NCBI RefSeq assembly: GCF_008831285.2
Contig: NC_045138.2
Location: 5,022,001 to 5,086,000 of the forward strand
Source: Nymphaea colorata
Lineage: Eukaryota
Direction: 5' to 3'
DNA length: 64,000 nt
The notes below the pieces were generated by a model that was given only the letters and a program-made list of their open reading frames with translations, was not told the origin of the DNA and did no database searches. This document shows, in pieces, positions 53,053-64,000 of the stretch (position 1 is its first letter; each line of letters starts with the position of its first letter). Position numbers and translations under genes: made by a program.

Positions 53053-53218
53053 TCAGGCCGCCGAATTCATCAGGATCTCTATCATTCCTGATTGCTTAGG
53101 GCTCAAACATAATCAAATACATGATTTTGGAAAAACCCAACATCCCCAAATCGTGATAAAGCAAAATGAATCCATTGAAACGGATGGGAAGAAACTAGGG
53201 TTTTCCTGTACTCACCAT
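53053..53218 (-). promoter_or_regulatory. UBN 5'-UTR intron (53088-53215) and upstream ORFs
   Basis: ATG|GTGAGT donor and AATCAG| acceptor. Splicing gives ATG GAA TGA. A second uORF, MIEILMNSAA*, lies at 53085-53053. Confidence 0.55.
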
Positions 53219-54286
53219 TGATCAGGTAACTGAGACTTGATAGAATGAACAACCAATTTCTTTCTTTTCTTTTTTCCCTTCTTTTTTCCTACCTTCTGCT
53301 TCTTTTTCCCTTCCTCCCCTTGTGCTGCCTGTGTTTGGGGTATTCTTTTCCACACCCACACAAAGGGCCTCTTGCTAATGGCACCTGTTTCTCCTAGGGT
53401 TTGAGTCCCTGAGTTTTCTTGGTCAAGGTCTCTTCTCTCCCTATGTTTTACGGTTCAACCCATTTCCTAGAACATAAGATGCCAAGATATTTATTCATTT
53501 TGATGATATAGATGTTGGTGCATCAATAAAAAGAGTTGATCCAATCGTATGCTTGAGTTGGTCCTTTTACTGCCCATCTACCCTTTATATGGAAGGCTCA
53601 TGGAAGCTACTTTGCCCTTTAGATGATTCTGGTGTGCCATATTATCATTTCATAAGTCTGTTCTTATATTCAAAACATTTTTATACATGTGCTGATTCAA
53701 TGTAGATTAATCCTTTATTTCATGACTTTGGTTTGCCTTATCATCAATTCATAACTTTGTTATTATATGCAAAGATTCAATGTGACAGACACCCTTTCTT
53801 GCTCTCCCTGACAAAGTCAAATCGGAAAACTTGGTGCTCTGTCAAAATGTGGTTTTCTTTTTACTGTGGCTGTTGATGAATCATGAAGTTGGAGATGTTG
53901 GGACTTCAATATGTGGCACTTTCAGAGGCAACATGGTTGAGAATGAGACGTTGCAATGACATCTTGGCCATATATCATGGATGGTGAAGATTGGATGTGG
54001 ATGTGTTTCTTCTGTACTTTGGCCCACAACTTGGGGTCGTGTGTGGATAAACAAATATATTTTACAACCATAGAAGTTGAGGGCATGTGCATTATATTAT
54101 TCATTCTGCCTGCTCATTGGTAAATGCCCAAATAGTTAATCTTGTGTCATGTAATGGTTAAGATGCATTGGAATCTTATGACTTAAATCAAGGTTAACCA
54201 CAGATTGAAGGGCCTAAGCAACTGGCTTGTCATAATAATTAATATATAAAGAGAGACTTTGCAGAATGCGACTGACCCCTATGACA

Positions 54287-54723
54287 TAAAGATTGCAAGA
54301 GTATATTGTTTTTTCAAATAGGAACCGCCTTTTGTGGTTTATTCAATAAAGGTGATAGCCCATAAAAGCTGTCAAATATGAACCTGAAATATTACTAAAC
54401 TACAAAGATTTTAAGAATACATTATTTTCTCCAATGGGGGCCACCTTTTGTGATTTATTCAATAAGGATGATACTTCCCATAAAAGCCGTCGATTATGAG
54501 CCTGAAATGAACTTAGTTTTTCTTCAATTTTTTTCTCAATAGCATCCTATGTTACTAAACTACAAAGATTTCAAGAATGCATTATTTTCTCAAATAGGAA
54601 CCACCTTTTGTGATTTACTCAATAAAGATGAGACTTCCCGTAAAAGCTGTCAAATATGATCCCGAAAGGAACTTAGTTTTGCTGCAAACTTTTTTTTTTC
54701 TCTATGTTGTCCTATATTACTAA
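54287..54723. repeat. Diverged tandem repeat, ~160-bp unit x ~3 (first unit internally deleted), upstream of UBN
   Basis: CCACCTTTTGTGATTTATTCAATAA.G.TGA...TAAAAGCTGTC.A.TATGA.CCTGAAA recurs three times. Confidence 0.85.
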
Positions 54724-55592
54724 TTTCAAATTTGGTTGTTTTAGTTCTTTTTTATTTGTTTACTTCAGACTCTCGTTTAGCAGGTTCTAGAGAAAGTCAG
54801 GCATCTATTAAAAGTTCGAAAATTGATCTCTTTTATGAAATTTTAGGCAAAAGGTATGCCTGAAAGGGAAAAGTACATGTGTAACGTACAAACTCAGAGT
54901 TAAGAGGCATATTCCTTTGTACATTTTCACACACTAATAAAATGCTTTTGTATACAATAAAGTTATTATTTATAAAAACCACGACTAAGAAGTCTTTATT
55001 TTATATAATAAACTTTTTCATTCATCACTATGGAGACATTGAGTAAATGCCAAGGGATTGTGAAAGGTGTTAAGCTGAACGTCCTGAACTGTGATCGGCG
55101 TCAGGCTGAGAATTCTGGATCAAGTCTCAACCATGTCCCTCTACATGTTGATCTTTCTCATGGCATTCTCTTGGCAAAACACAACTCAGAATCAAGGGCG
55201 GAGGGATGGGGACCCGCCTGGGCCATGGCTCGGGTGAGCATAGGGAAAAAAAATTATATTGAAAACATCAAATTTTTTTAGTTTGACCCAACCCATCGTT
55301 CCTTTTAGCCCGACCTGCGGATCCTTTAGTATGCTCAGAATCACCTTACAGCTTAATCTTTTCCATTGTACTATTTCGTTCTCTCGGCATTGGCGAGACA
55401 CATTGACCTGGAGTCACTTAATTTCACCTCTCTCTCTCTCAACACCTAAGGTTCTGATATTTTTGTCTCTTTATTTATTTTATAGAGGTTTTATTTTTAT
55501 CCCTTATACCTACTAATCACTGTGTGTGGGGTATTATGGGTAGGTGCTAAACACTTATATGCTCGAATGAAAAACAATATCAGTCGGTACTA

Positions 55593-55678
55593 GTTGAGAG
55601 AAAAACAATGAAAAAGGATGTGAGAAATATTAATAATCTAGCATTAATTCTAACTTTTTTTTCTATGTTTTTCTCTTT

Positions 55679-55724
<46 letters not shown>

Positions 55725-55805
55725 AAACAAGAAAAAAAACGTTGTTAATTAATGCTAGATGACAAAAGCATTCTATATCTTCTTTCTCCCTGTTCTTATC
55801 TCAAC
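55593..55805. repeat. Short foldback element with central (TA)n(GA)n
   Basis: GTTGAGA...TCTCAAC outer pairing and a perfect ATCTAGCATTAATT / AATTAATGCTAGAT stem. Confidence 0.65.
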
Positions 55806-55896
55806 CATCCATCTTGGAAAGATCAATAACTAAAATTTTTTTTTATGGATCTAGCACCTCAAGGTCTGTACCTACCATATTTTCTTTCTCTCTTTT

Positions 55897-55927
<31 letters not shown>

Positions 55928-56393
55928 TTATATATATATATATATATAGACACACGGGTGTGTGTGTGAAACTCAAAATGAGATGTAGAAATAAACATAA
56001 TTCCCTCATAAAGATAAAAGTAAATTATCATGTCAAAAAGCTCAGTGTACATTTTGGGTTACCGAAGCAAGAAAAGGCAAAAGGTGGACAAATATAAATG
56101 TCATGGCGACATGCACGTGATAACATTCCTTTGCTATAAATGACATGAACGAGGGCAGGACACCGTGAACATTTTTATATTCCAACTAATAGAATTACAA
56201 ATCACGTGACAATATTTTCAGTATCATGTTTTCAATATAGTAGGGCTCTATGCCAGAGCTTTTATATTACAACATCAAGTCAAATTTCAAGTATAACTGG
56301 TAAAAAATAGCCAGATTTTTTCCATCTTTTACTTAGAAGAAACCATCCCAAGCTGAGAGACTTCATTTTTTGCAAGCATAAAACCCCCATGGC

Positions 56394-56842
56394 TAGAGAT
56401 ATCATTACATCTGATTTGAATTGGAAATCTGACCGAATGGATATGGGAAAAAAAATTAATATGCAATTAAGGAATCGGACCGGATTCAGATTTAACATAT
56501 GACATTCAATTGGATTCAGATTTGGATACACATAAATGTCCAAACATAATCGGATTCAAAACGGGCTTAGTTTTAAATAAATTTATCGCATCCAATGCTC
56601 TTACATTTTCAAAATAGGGCAGATTATGTTCAAATTTTGGATTCGGATTCGGATATGAATGTAAGAATCAGATTAAATTTGGATTGGATTCATATTGTGA
56701 AATCGAAATTTGGATTCATATTCAAATAGGACTTTTTCTTGTTCAATTCAAATCTGAATTCGAATTCAAATATGTGAATATCCAAAAAAGCATATGTGAT
56801 TAAGGGTACCTCCGACTCAAATCTGATCCGCTGACATCCCTA
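56394..56842. mobile_element. hAT-type MITE (TAGGGATG family)
   Basis: TAGAGATATCA / TGACATCCCTA. TSD CCCATGGC/CCCATCGC. Confidence 0.82.
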
Positions 56843-57116
56843 CCCATCGCTAGTTTCCCTTCCCTTAGTCTTGGTCTATACTGCCTTTCAATTGTGACAG
56901 AGCCAATTAGCTTTGTCTTTTGGAGGGGGCCAAATAAACCAAAGATCAATTGCTACATAGGCCTACCATGATTTTTTCAAAAATTTCACAAGGGCTAAAA
57001 CAAAAATTTTCAAAATATTAACAGTAAAATTGTGTTTTTCCAAAACCCAAGCAATTGGGGGGGTTTGGGGGGCGTCCATGCCTCTAAGCTTTGCACCACC
57101 ACTGAGCACCTATGAT

Positions 57117-57275
57117 CAGGGCAGAGCCAGGATTTTTTTCAGGGGCAGGCCAAACGATTCGCAGGTCGGGCCAAGAGGAGCGACGGGTCAGACCAAACTA
57201 AAAAAAATGATTTTTTCAATATATGTATATTTTTTTTTTCATGCGCTCATCCTGGCCATGGCCCAGGCGCTCCAA
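57117..57275. mobile_element. MITE copy related to 37970-38161 (right TIR missing)
   Basis: CAGGGCAGAGCCAGGATTTTTTT...GGTCGGGCCAAGAGGAGCGA...CCAAACTAAAAAAAA...GGCCATGGCCC is collinear with that copy. Confidence 0.75.
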
Positions 57276-60200
57276 CCAGCTGCAACACATCTCTTTGGGG
57301 CTGTTTGGCACCAATAACAAATTATTATTATCAAATGGATCTACTTCAAAATTTATGGCGAATTCATGGAACACTATGTTACAGGGCTCTATGAATCTAC
57401 CCAAGCTTACAATAACAATTTGTTACATGTGCCAAACGACCTCTTAGGGCAGCTGATTTGATTAAAAAGGGAAAAACAGCAACTTTGTGACACTGATTGA
57501 TTTATACATCAGGCAAGTGACTGAGACCATGTACAACAAGTTCATGACGTTCAACTGGACTCACCTTTCAACGTAAGTTGATTTTGCATTTGATAGCCTG
57601 TCTTTGGACATTGAAGAGAGTATACTTCTGCTAAGACGTCATCTACATATTTGATAAACATTATCAAAACTATTTTTGCGGGCAATGATCGAAATTGCAA
57701 GGTTTAAAAAACAGCCTTCAACGGGTCCCTCTACCAGCTTCTAACCATTGCGGATCATCAATTTCAGGAAAAGCCAAACAGGTTTCTTCTGCAGCTAGGA
57801 ATGCCTTGTTGGTAGTCAGTCAAATCCCCATTGAAACCAACCAATGGAAACATAATAATCAAACTTCGGTTATTTTTTAAAGTTTTAAAATCGACTGGAA
57901 TAGTCCAGTTCAAATCAAACTGGTGGCAAATTGATTCAGTTCAAAGACGATATAAGTGGGATACATGTTATACAATATCCATTTTAGTTATTTTGAATTT
58001 TCTATCATTTTTACATATTTTTTATTTGAGAACTGAATACATTAATATTCAAAGATAAATATAATGGTTTTGATATCTTTTTTTTTTCCTATGATCTGGT
58101 GGGTGAACATGGAAAGAACCTGATTCTTTAGCACTTGACATCACACACTCACTTGGCCTGTTACTAATGCTACCACATTACACGCTGCCTCGTGCACGAA
58201 ATGCCAGAAGTTCCTGATTTGCAGTGGAAGATGATTGTGACTAGAAGATATACCGGTAGATAGCAGGGGCAATGAAAAGTGGAGGCTTAAAATCCTCCCG
58301 TTAGAAGCCTCGGTTGCTTATGGCCAAGAGAAAAGCGAATAACCATTATATATATTGCCAATCTAGAGTTGGTTTACTTTGTTCAAGGCAGTACCAAAAA
58401 AATCTGTGATGGTCTCAGTATCTAAGCTATGTTTCGAGAGCAGATGTTTCAACACGACACAGGCCAACTAAGTTAACCCAGTTGAAATTACAGTCCATAT
58501 ATTGCAGCCAGCATATTGATCAGCAAAACTAATGAAGGGACATACACCTGCAGAACATATTCAAGATCATAACTCTTCAAAACCTTTGCAACTGCATATT
58601 GATCAGCAGCCACAACGACAAGTCATGCAGATTGACACTGCACAAGCATTCAACTACATGAAAAATGTAGCCTTTGTTCTTTTATAAATGAATCAATTCA
58701 AAATTGCAAATATATTTGACAATGGTACAAGAATTTGTCTGCTACCAAATCAATGAAACTCTGCTGATCTTCTCAAACCCATTGAATTGCAAATAGTTTG
58801 GCCTTCTGTTTGCTATTCCAAAAAGAATAGTGATTCATAATCTCAGCCCCTGAGTCTTTCCACATCTCAGCTGTCCATCATATGGATTAGTGACCTTTTT
58901 TACAAATGCAGGAACCAAACAGCGTTCTGATGAGGACAAGTCACAACCAGATTTTCTCCATCCAGTATTTTAATTTTTAAAAGCAATCGGACCACATAGC
59001 TGTTGAATGCCTTCAGTTATCGTACCAATTGCACCTTCACATGATTAAAACAGTAGTACTACATAGAATTAGTATGGAAGCCCGTGAACAGTGATACTTT
59101 TCTCTTTCTCACATACACACACAGACACAACATACATTCATGAACTTCTTGTCACTATCACAGAAGAATTTATATTCTGATTTCAGTAGAAAAATAGGTG
59201 CAGAAAATTTTCATGATGACACACGTGTAGTTTCACTTATAAATGTGACGTTCAGTTGTAATGTGATAGCGACCAGAGCTAATGCAAAGGCACGAACCTG
59301 CCAAGCTCTGTTCTTCCATGTTTGCAATAATATGCCTTTTCCAGACTATTGGGCCATGGAATGTCATCTAACATTCAGAAGACCAACGCTGACCACTCTT
59401 GAAAGAGGAAGATTTACCCCTAATAAAAAATAAGGCAATCAATTGACCCTTCTTCATGACAAAGGTAACCATGTTTCCAAACTCCTAGAAAAACAATTAT
59501 TGAAACAGAAGCTTTGTGCTTATCCATTCATATTGGGAGCAAGATGCTCTTGAAGGATATGAATCCAATAAGAATGAAGCTTCAATGCAAAAACTATATT
59601 AAAGGATGGAATAACAAATTACATTCAAGTACCTACAGATACGTCAGCTTTTCTGGCATTCTTTCAAAGACAATAATTAAGAGGAAACTTCCTTTCATGC
59701 AGAACTGGGCTTATCAGAAAGTCGTCACTAGTTTACAAAAATTCCATGTTGTGCTTCCTGTACCCTAAGAGTAACATGTATTCCTCCTAACTAAATTATT
59801 TCAGGACCTCAGGTCCATCTACACTTCAATTCAATGAAGCATTTTGGGTACAATTATCTTGTGATGTCTGCCACATTTACAATACTTACAACCTATTGAA
59901 AACTTTATGAGGACCTACAGGTTGAAGAAAGCACATTACAAGGCCAAATATCATATAACAAATTGCATATTGGTTTTGCTAAGCTGTTGTGGATACCTAT
60001 GATTCTCCATCCCAAGCAGAGAAAAAATCAGAGGTAATATAATGAGGTACAATTTGTGATTCTTAAGCACCTTCTTTGAAAGCCAAGACCCTTAACAGGC
60101 TACTGTCAATCACAAGCATAACCCTGAGTTCAACAATCACAACTCACAAGTGCAATAGTGAACAGCTGTGACGACAGTGAAGAAAATGCAACCTTGGTTG

Positions 60201-61417
60201 AAAGTCATGTACCCTGCAGTTCAATTTTTAGCAAATGAGATTTTCAAATTTTTGTTACAGACTCTAAATATTGATGTTTGACGTATACCAAGCGAATGCA
60301 ATGCAAGTAGCCTTATCAGATTAACTGGTCTAACCGTCTAAGTTTTGTAAGTCAAATAGGTGATGACTGCATGGTCCATGCCTGGCTCTGTAAGCATGAA
60401 ATCAGGTTCAGAAAACTCCATATGAATTTTGCCCTTTTCAATACTCTTACTGCCTTTCCAAAACAATCAGTGAAATATTCCTCTCTGTATTGCCGATTTG
60501 GCGTAAATTGATTGATGAACTTAAAAGGCTAAAAATCTAACTGAAAAATTAGAAAAAGAAAAATCAGCCATCCTTCCTAAGCATCCATTACTCAACATAC
60601 TTCAGTAGAAGACTAGAAGTGATTCCTACCCTTGTGGAATCTGGACATTCCTATGCTTAGGACAATGACACATTGGAATAGAGCGCCAAAATTCCCACAC
60701 ATGACAATCAAGATTTCTGAAACATATTCTTAAAATTTCTCAATAAAAGCATCACCTGCATATTACACAATTCACTGGATATTTCAGCAGAGCACAATAT
60801 GCTACCTGTGCTGCACATCTTACCATTTAACACATTGCGATTTGAACTAAGGTTGACTATGAAATACTTTGTGCAAGCTATGTTACATGGGTGGTGAGCG
60901 TGTGACTATTAGATAACAAAAGAAACATATTGTGAACAAAATACTTTATATATTGATGAACAACATACCGGAAAAACATTCACAATTCATAAGATGAAGA
61001 ATAACCCCATTGACCAAATAAAGAAAGAAACATTAAAAAATAAATAAAAGCTTTAATAAACAAAAATGATATTGGGCTTGGACAAAGTTGATTGAATCCA
61101 TACTTGGACAAAAAGGTAAAATGATGTGTTCACTAGACCTGAGACTGCTTTGACCATGTCCCATGTTCACTCTTGCTTCATGAAGTGATCACACAGGCTC
61201 AGCATCCTTTTAGGCATGACCACATGACATAGTAGAAAAAGGTTATTATCTGCTTATCATGCATGTATTTTTTTTTGTGTCATTTATAGCAAAACGACCT
61301 ACCATGTCCCATATTGATCAGATTATATAATTGATTCTGTACTGCTCTCCCCATCAGACCAACCACAAAGAAACAATAGTTTACAGCAACAGATTATTTC
61401 TATTAATTCATTTTCTC

Positions 61418-61580
61418 TGTGGTGTATATAAATTGATGAGAAGCCAACCCAGATGATTGAATAAAATAGTTGAACTCCAAAATAAACCTTTTGTGGTGTA
61501 TATAAATTTATGAAAAGCCAACCCACTGACCCAAATGGTTGAAGAAAATAGTTGAACACCTACTCCAAAGAAAACCTTCC
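61418..61580. repeat. Imperfect tandem duplication, ~75-85 bp x2
   Basis: TGTGGTGTATATAAATT.ATGA.AAGCCAACCCA...AAAATAGTTGAAC...CCAAA..AAACCTT occurs twice. Confidence 0.85.
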
Positions 61581-63414
61581 TGATCAAAAGTGAATGAAGG
61601 CCTTGCCCTTCATCTTCACACCTTTCTCCTCATGGTGGGTGAGCAGCCCATGTGTGAAGAATAGAAAGAGGGAGAGAAGAACTGTGAGAAGGGTGCCATG
61701 GCTGGTCATCTTCTTTGTCACTGATGCTGGTAACAAGGCAATATTGTTCAGCTTCAGAGAGATAGAGCAATACATCGACTCCAGAGGGGAAAGGATAGGC
61801 ATGGATCTGGAGGGAGAGAAAAAGAGAGACAGAATCCAATAAAACCTCCTTCTTTCAGGATCACTCATCTTATCTAAAATGAACTGCCCTAGCTTATTAT
61901 GCAGGGTATGCATATACATGACAGTATGCATAACTCAGTTCCAAAACATTTAGAATGATTAAAGCACACCATCGTTTGTCAATAATATGTTTTTACTTTT
62001 TATTTCCCTTCAAAATAAAGAACCCAACTAAGCATGTTTTTCAGAATTCAGAACAAAAAATGCAAAATAAATAGCAGCCATCAGCAACCTATATTAGATG
62101 GACATGAGAGACCACACTAACCTGCAGGAATAGAAACTATTTAAACAAAGGATGAGAAGTTAGCCCTCATTTCCGCATAATGAAAGCACTGATGAGTGAG
62201 CAACCAACCAAATCTGTTTAGCGTCAATAGATATCCACGGCATTGTAGAAGGAATTGCAGTATTTATAGTAGATGGAATTCTGTAAACATACAAGCTATT
62301 CAGAGAAGATTACAGGAGCAGTTGAAACTCTGAAGGAATGCAGCTCAATTATAGAAGCCAAAAGACTACCTCGTGCCACTAAGAAGATCATAAACTGATG
62401 AAACACCAAAAGGGAAAGAAGCTCCATAAAAAATCCGTCTGTAATGTGGATGGATAATTTGACCTGTTGCATAAGAAAGCCATTTTAATCTGTCCTTAAA
62501 AGTCTACCCATGCCAAACATAGGATAGATTATAAACTTGTTTTTCTCATTCTCTTCTTCATAGCAAACACAAAAAAGGAACACTTGCAGTAGAAGGGGAC
62601 AAGAAACAGAAAAAAAAATGACAAAAAAGTTCTAAGGGAACATGAGACTAATTTGTTCTTTCCTTTGTACGGAAGCCAAGAAACTTAACCTATGTGTCAA
62701 ACTCTTGACATTCTTTTAGTTCAAGGTTTTAAGCTGAACCATGGACAGACATGTGGAGCCCTTGTTTGCAAGAAGATATACGAACGAAAACTATTTCAAC
62801 CAGAAAACTCTACTTTCTCATGTAACATGTTTTCCTAGCAACAAGGAACATTACATATTATGAAAAATCTTCAGAATCACAACGGTCTATATTGTACCCA
62901 AAAAAAAATTCTAAAATCCAAATTTCTGAATGATTAGATTTCACAAAAGCACAGCTGGGCATGGCAGCTAGGCAATTTTCAAAGGCATAGGGAGTTATGG
63001 GTCCACGCATAGTTCCTCAGTCCTAGATATACGGATTTTTCCGGAACCAAACATATTTTAAAATTGATTACAAGTTTAAATTTCTGAACAAGTGGATTTG
63101 TGCAAAAGAAGCTTTCAACAAATTCCCAAGTTGTTCCTTATCACCAAATAACATACTCAAATATCAGAACATGGTTATCTACAGACAACAAGGCTGTGCA
63201 AAACTTGGTCTCAAGTTCAGTATCAGAGCTGACCCGCTCTAAGAACTAAAATGCATTTCCTGCTCAATGGAAAAACTGACCCCATCATACTCAGTTTGAA
63301 TGTAGAGCCAAGCTTCCAAACACACCGGTTTAAAAACTTGTGGGACACCAACAAATATCAAAGAATATGTCCATACTCTAGGGATTTTCCTCCAGGCGGC
63401 AGGGTCGGGTTGCC

Positions 63415-63570
63415 CTAACAATGCTGTTTGGTGCTGCTGCAGTCACATGTACGATGGCCTGGCTCAGACCACGGCCCATAAATTTCAGATGGAGCTGGAT
63501 TCGGACATGCCAGACATGATCCGAACCTTGCCCATGTGCAGCCATACTGACGGATACTCTCAAGTCTCAA
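63415..63570 (-). CDS. Candidate terminal coding exon of an unidentified gene extending beyond the window
   Basis: Acceptor CTCTCTTTCTGGCAG, locally higher GC, and the open frame LRLESIRQYGCTWARFGSCLACPNPAPSEIYGPWSEPGHRTCDCSSTKQHC*. The family is not recognised and the phase is uncertain. Confidence 0.35.
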   Translation of the reverse strand: MRLESIRQYGCTWARFGSCLACPNPAPSEIYGPWSEPGHRTCDCSSTKQHC

Positions 63571-64000
63571 CTGCCAGAAAGAGAGATGATAGATTTTCAA
63601 AATTGCTTTTAAATAATAACTAAAAGGGTAGATTTTCAGGGAAAATGGGAATCCTATTAAATAAGGCAGACAAAGAACGTCTACAGCTTCAGCCTAAGGC
63701 TCACCTAAGCTAGTAGAGCTGACGTTTAGAACTGAAACAATCCTCTCTGGTCTTCCCTGCATCTGCTGATTTGTGAAGCCTGGCAATATTTCAAACCATA
63801 TTCCAGAGGGAAATCTTCTTGGTTGAATAATCCAAAAGAAAATTTCAGGACATGGAATTGCATGCAGGATTGAGATTGAGACTTCAATAAATATACAAAT
63901 AAATGTGATGGTTGAATTAATAATTGTGAAAAAAATGTAGAAAACTGAAGTTGTTGGAAGCAGAAGCAGGAGCGGAGAAAACAGAAGAGATCCAACAACA

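Noticed and set aside
58820..59290. Box C/D snoRNA-like motifs (ATGATGA, CTGA)
   Set aside because: No properly paired C and D boxes with a terminal stem or a recognisable rRNA antisense element.

Overview
Flowering-plant nuclear DNA: AT-rich, with spliceosomal introns, microsatellites and MITEs. No prokaryotic systems, CRISPR arrays, rRNA or bona fide tRNA genes were seen. Left to right: (1) the 3' nine exons of a multi-BRCT TOPBP1/MEI1-like gene (+), including a likely U12-type intron; (2) a full-length but decayed Ty1/copia LTR retrotransposon (5545-10818); (3) an intact three-exon ACC oxidase gene (-, RRS type); (4) a ~23 kb repeat-rich interval with many hAT-type MITEs (8-bp TSDs), tRNA-derived SINE candidates, an orphan USP-domain exon, a ~1 kb palindrome whose arms each look like an inward-facing promoter, and a 5'-truncated ESK1/TBL29-like pseudogene (-); (5) an intact 13-exon ubinuclein (UBN1/2) gene (-, about 740 aa) with uORFs and intronic tandem repeats; (6) a largely non-coding end that may hold the last exon and a spliced 3' UTR of an unidentified minus-strand gene. 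Exon coordinates, alignments and mismatch counts were done by eye, and family assignments rest on remembered motifs, not database searches.
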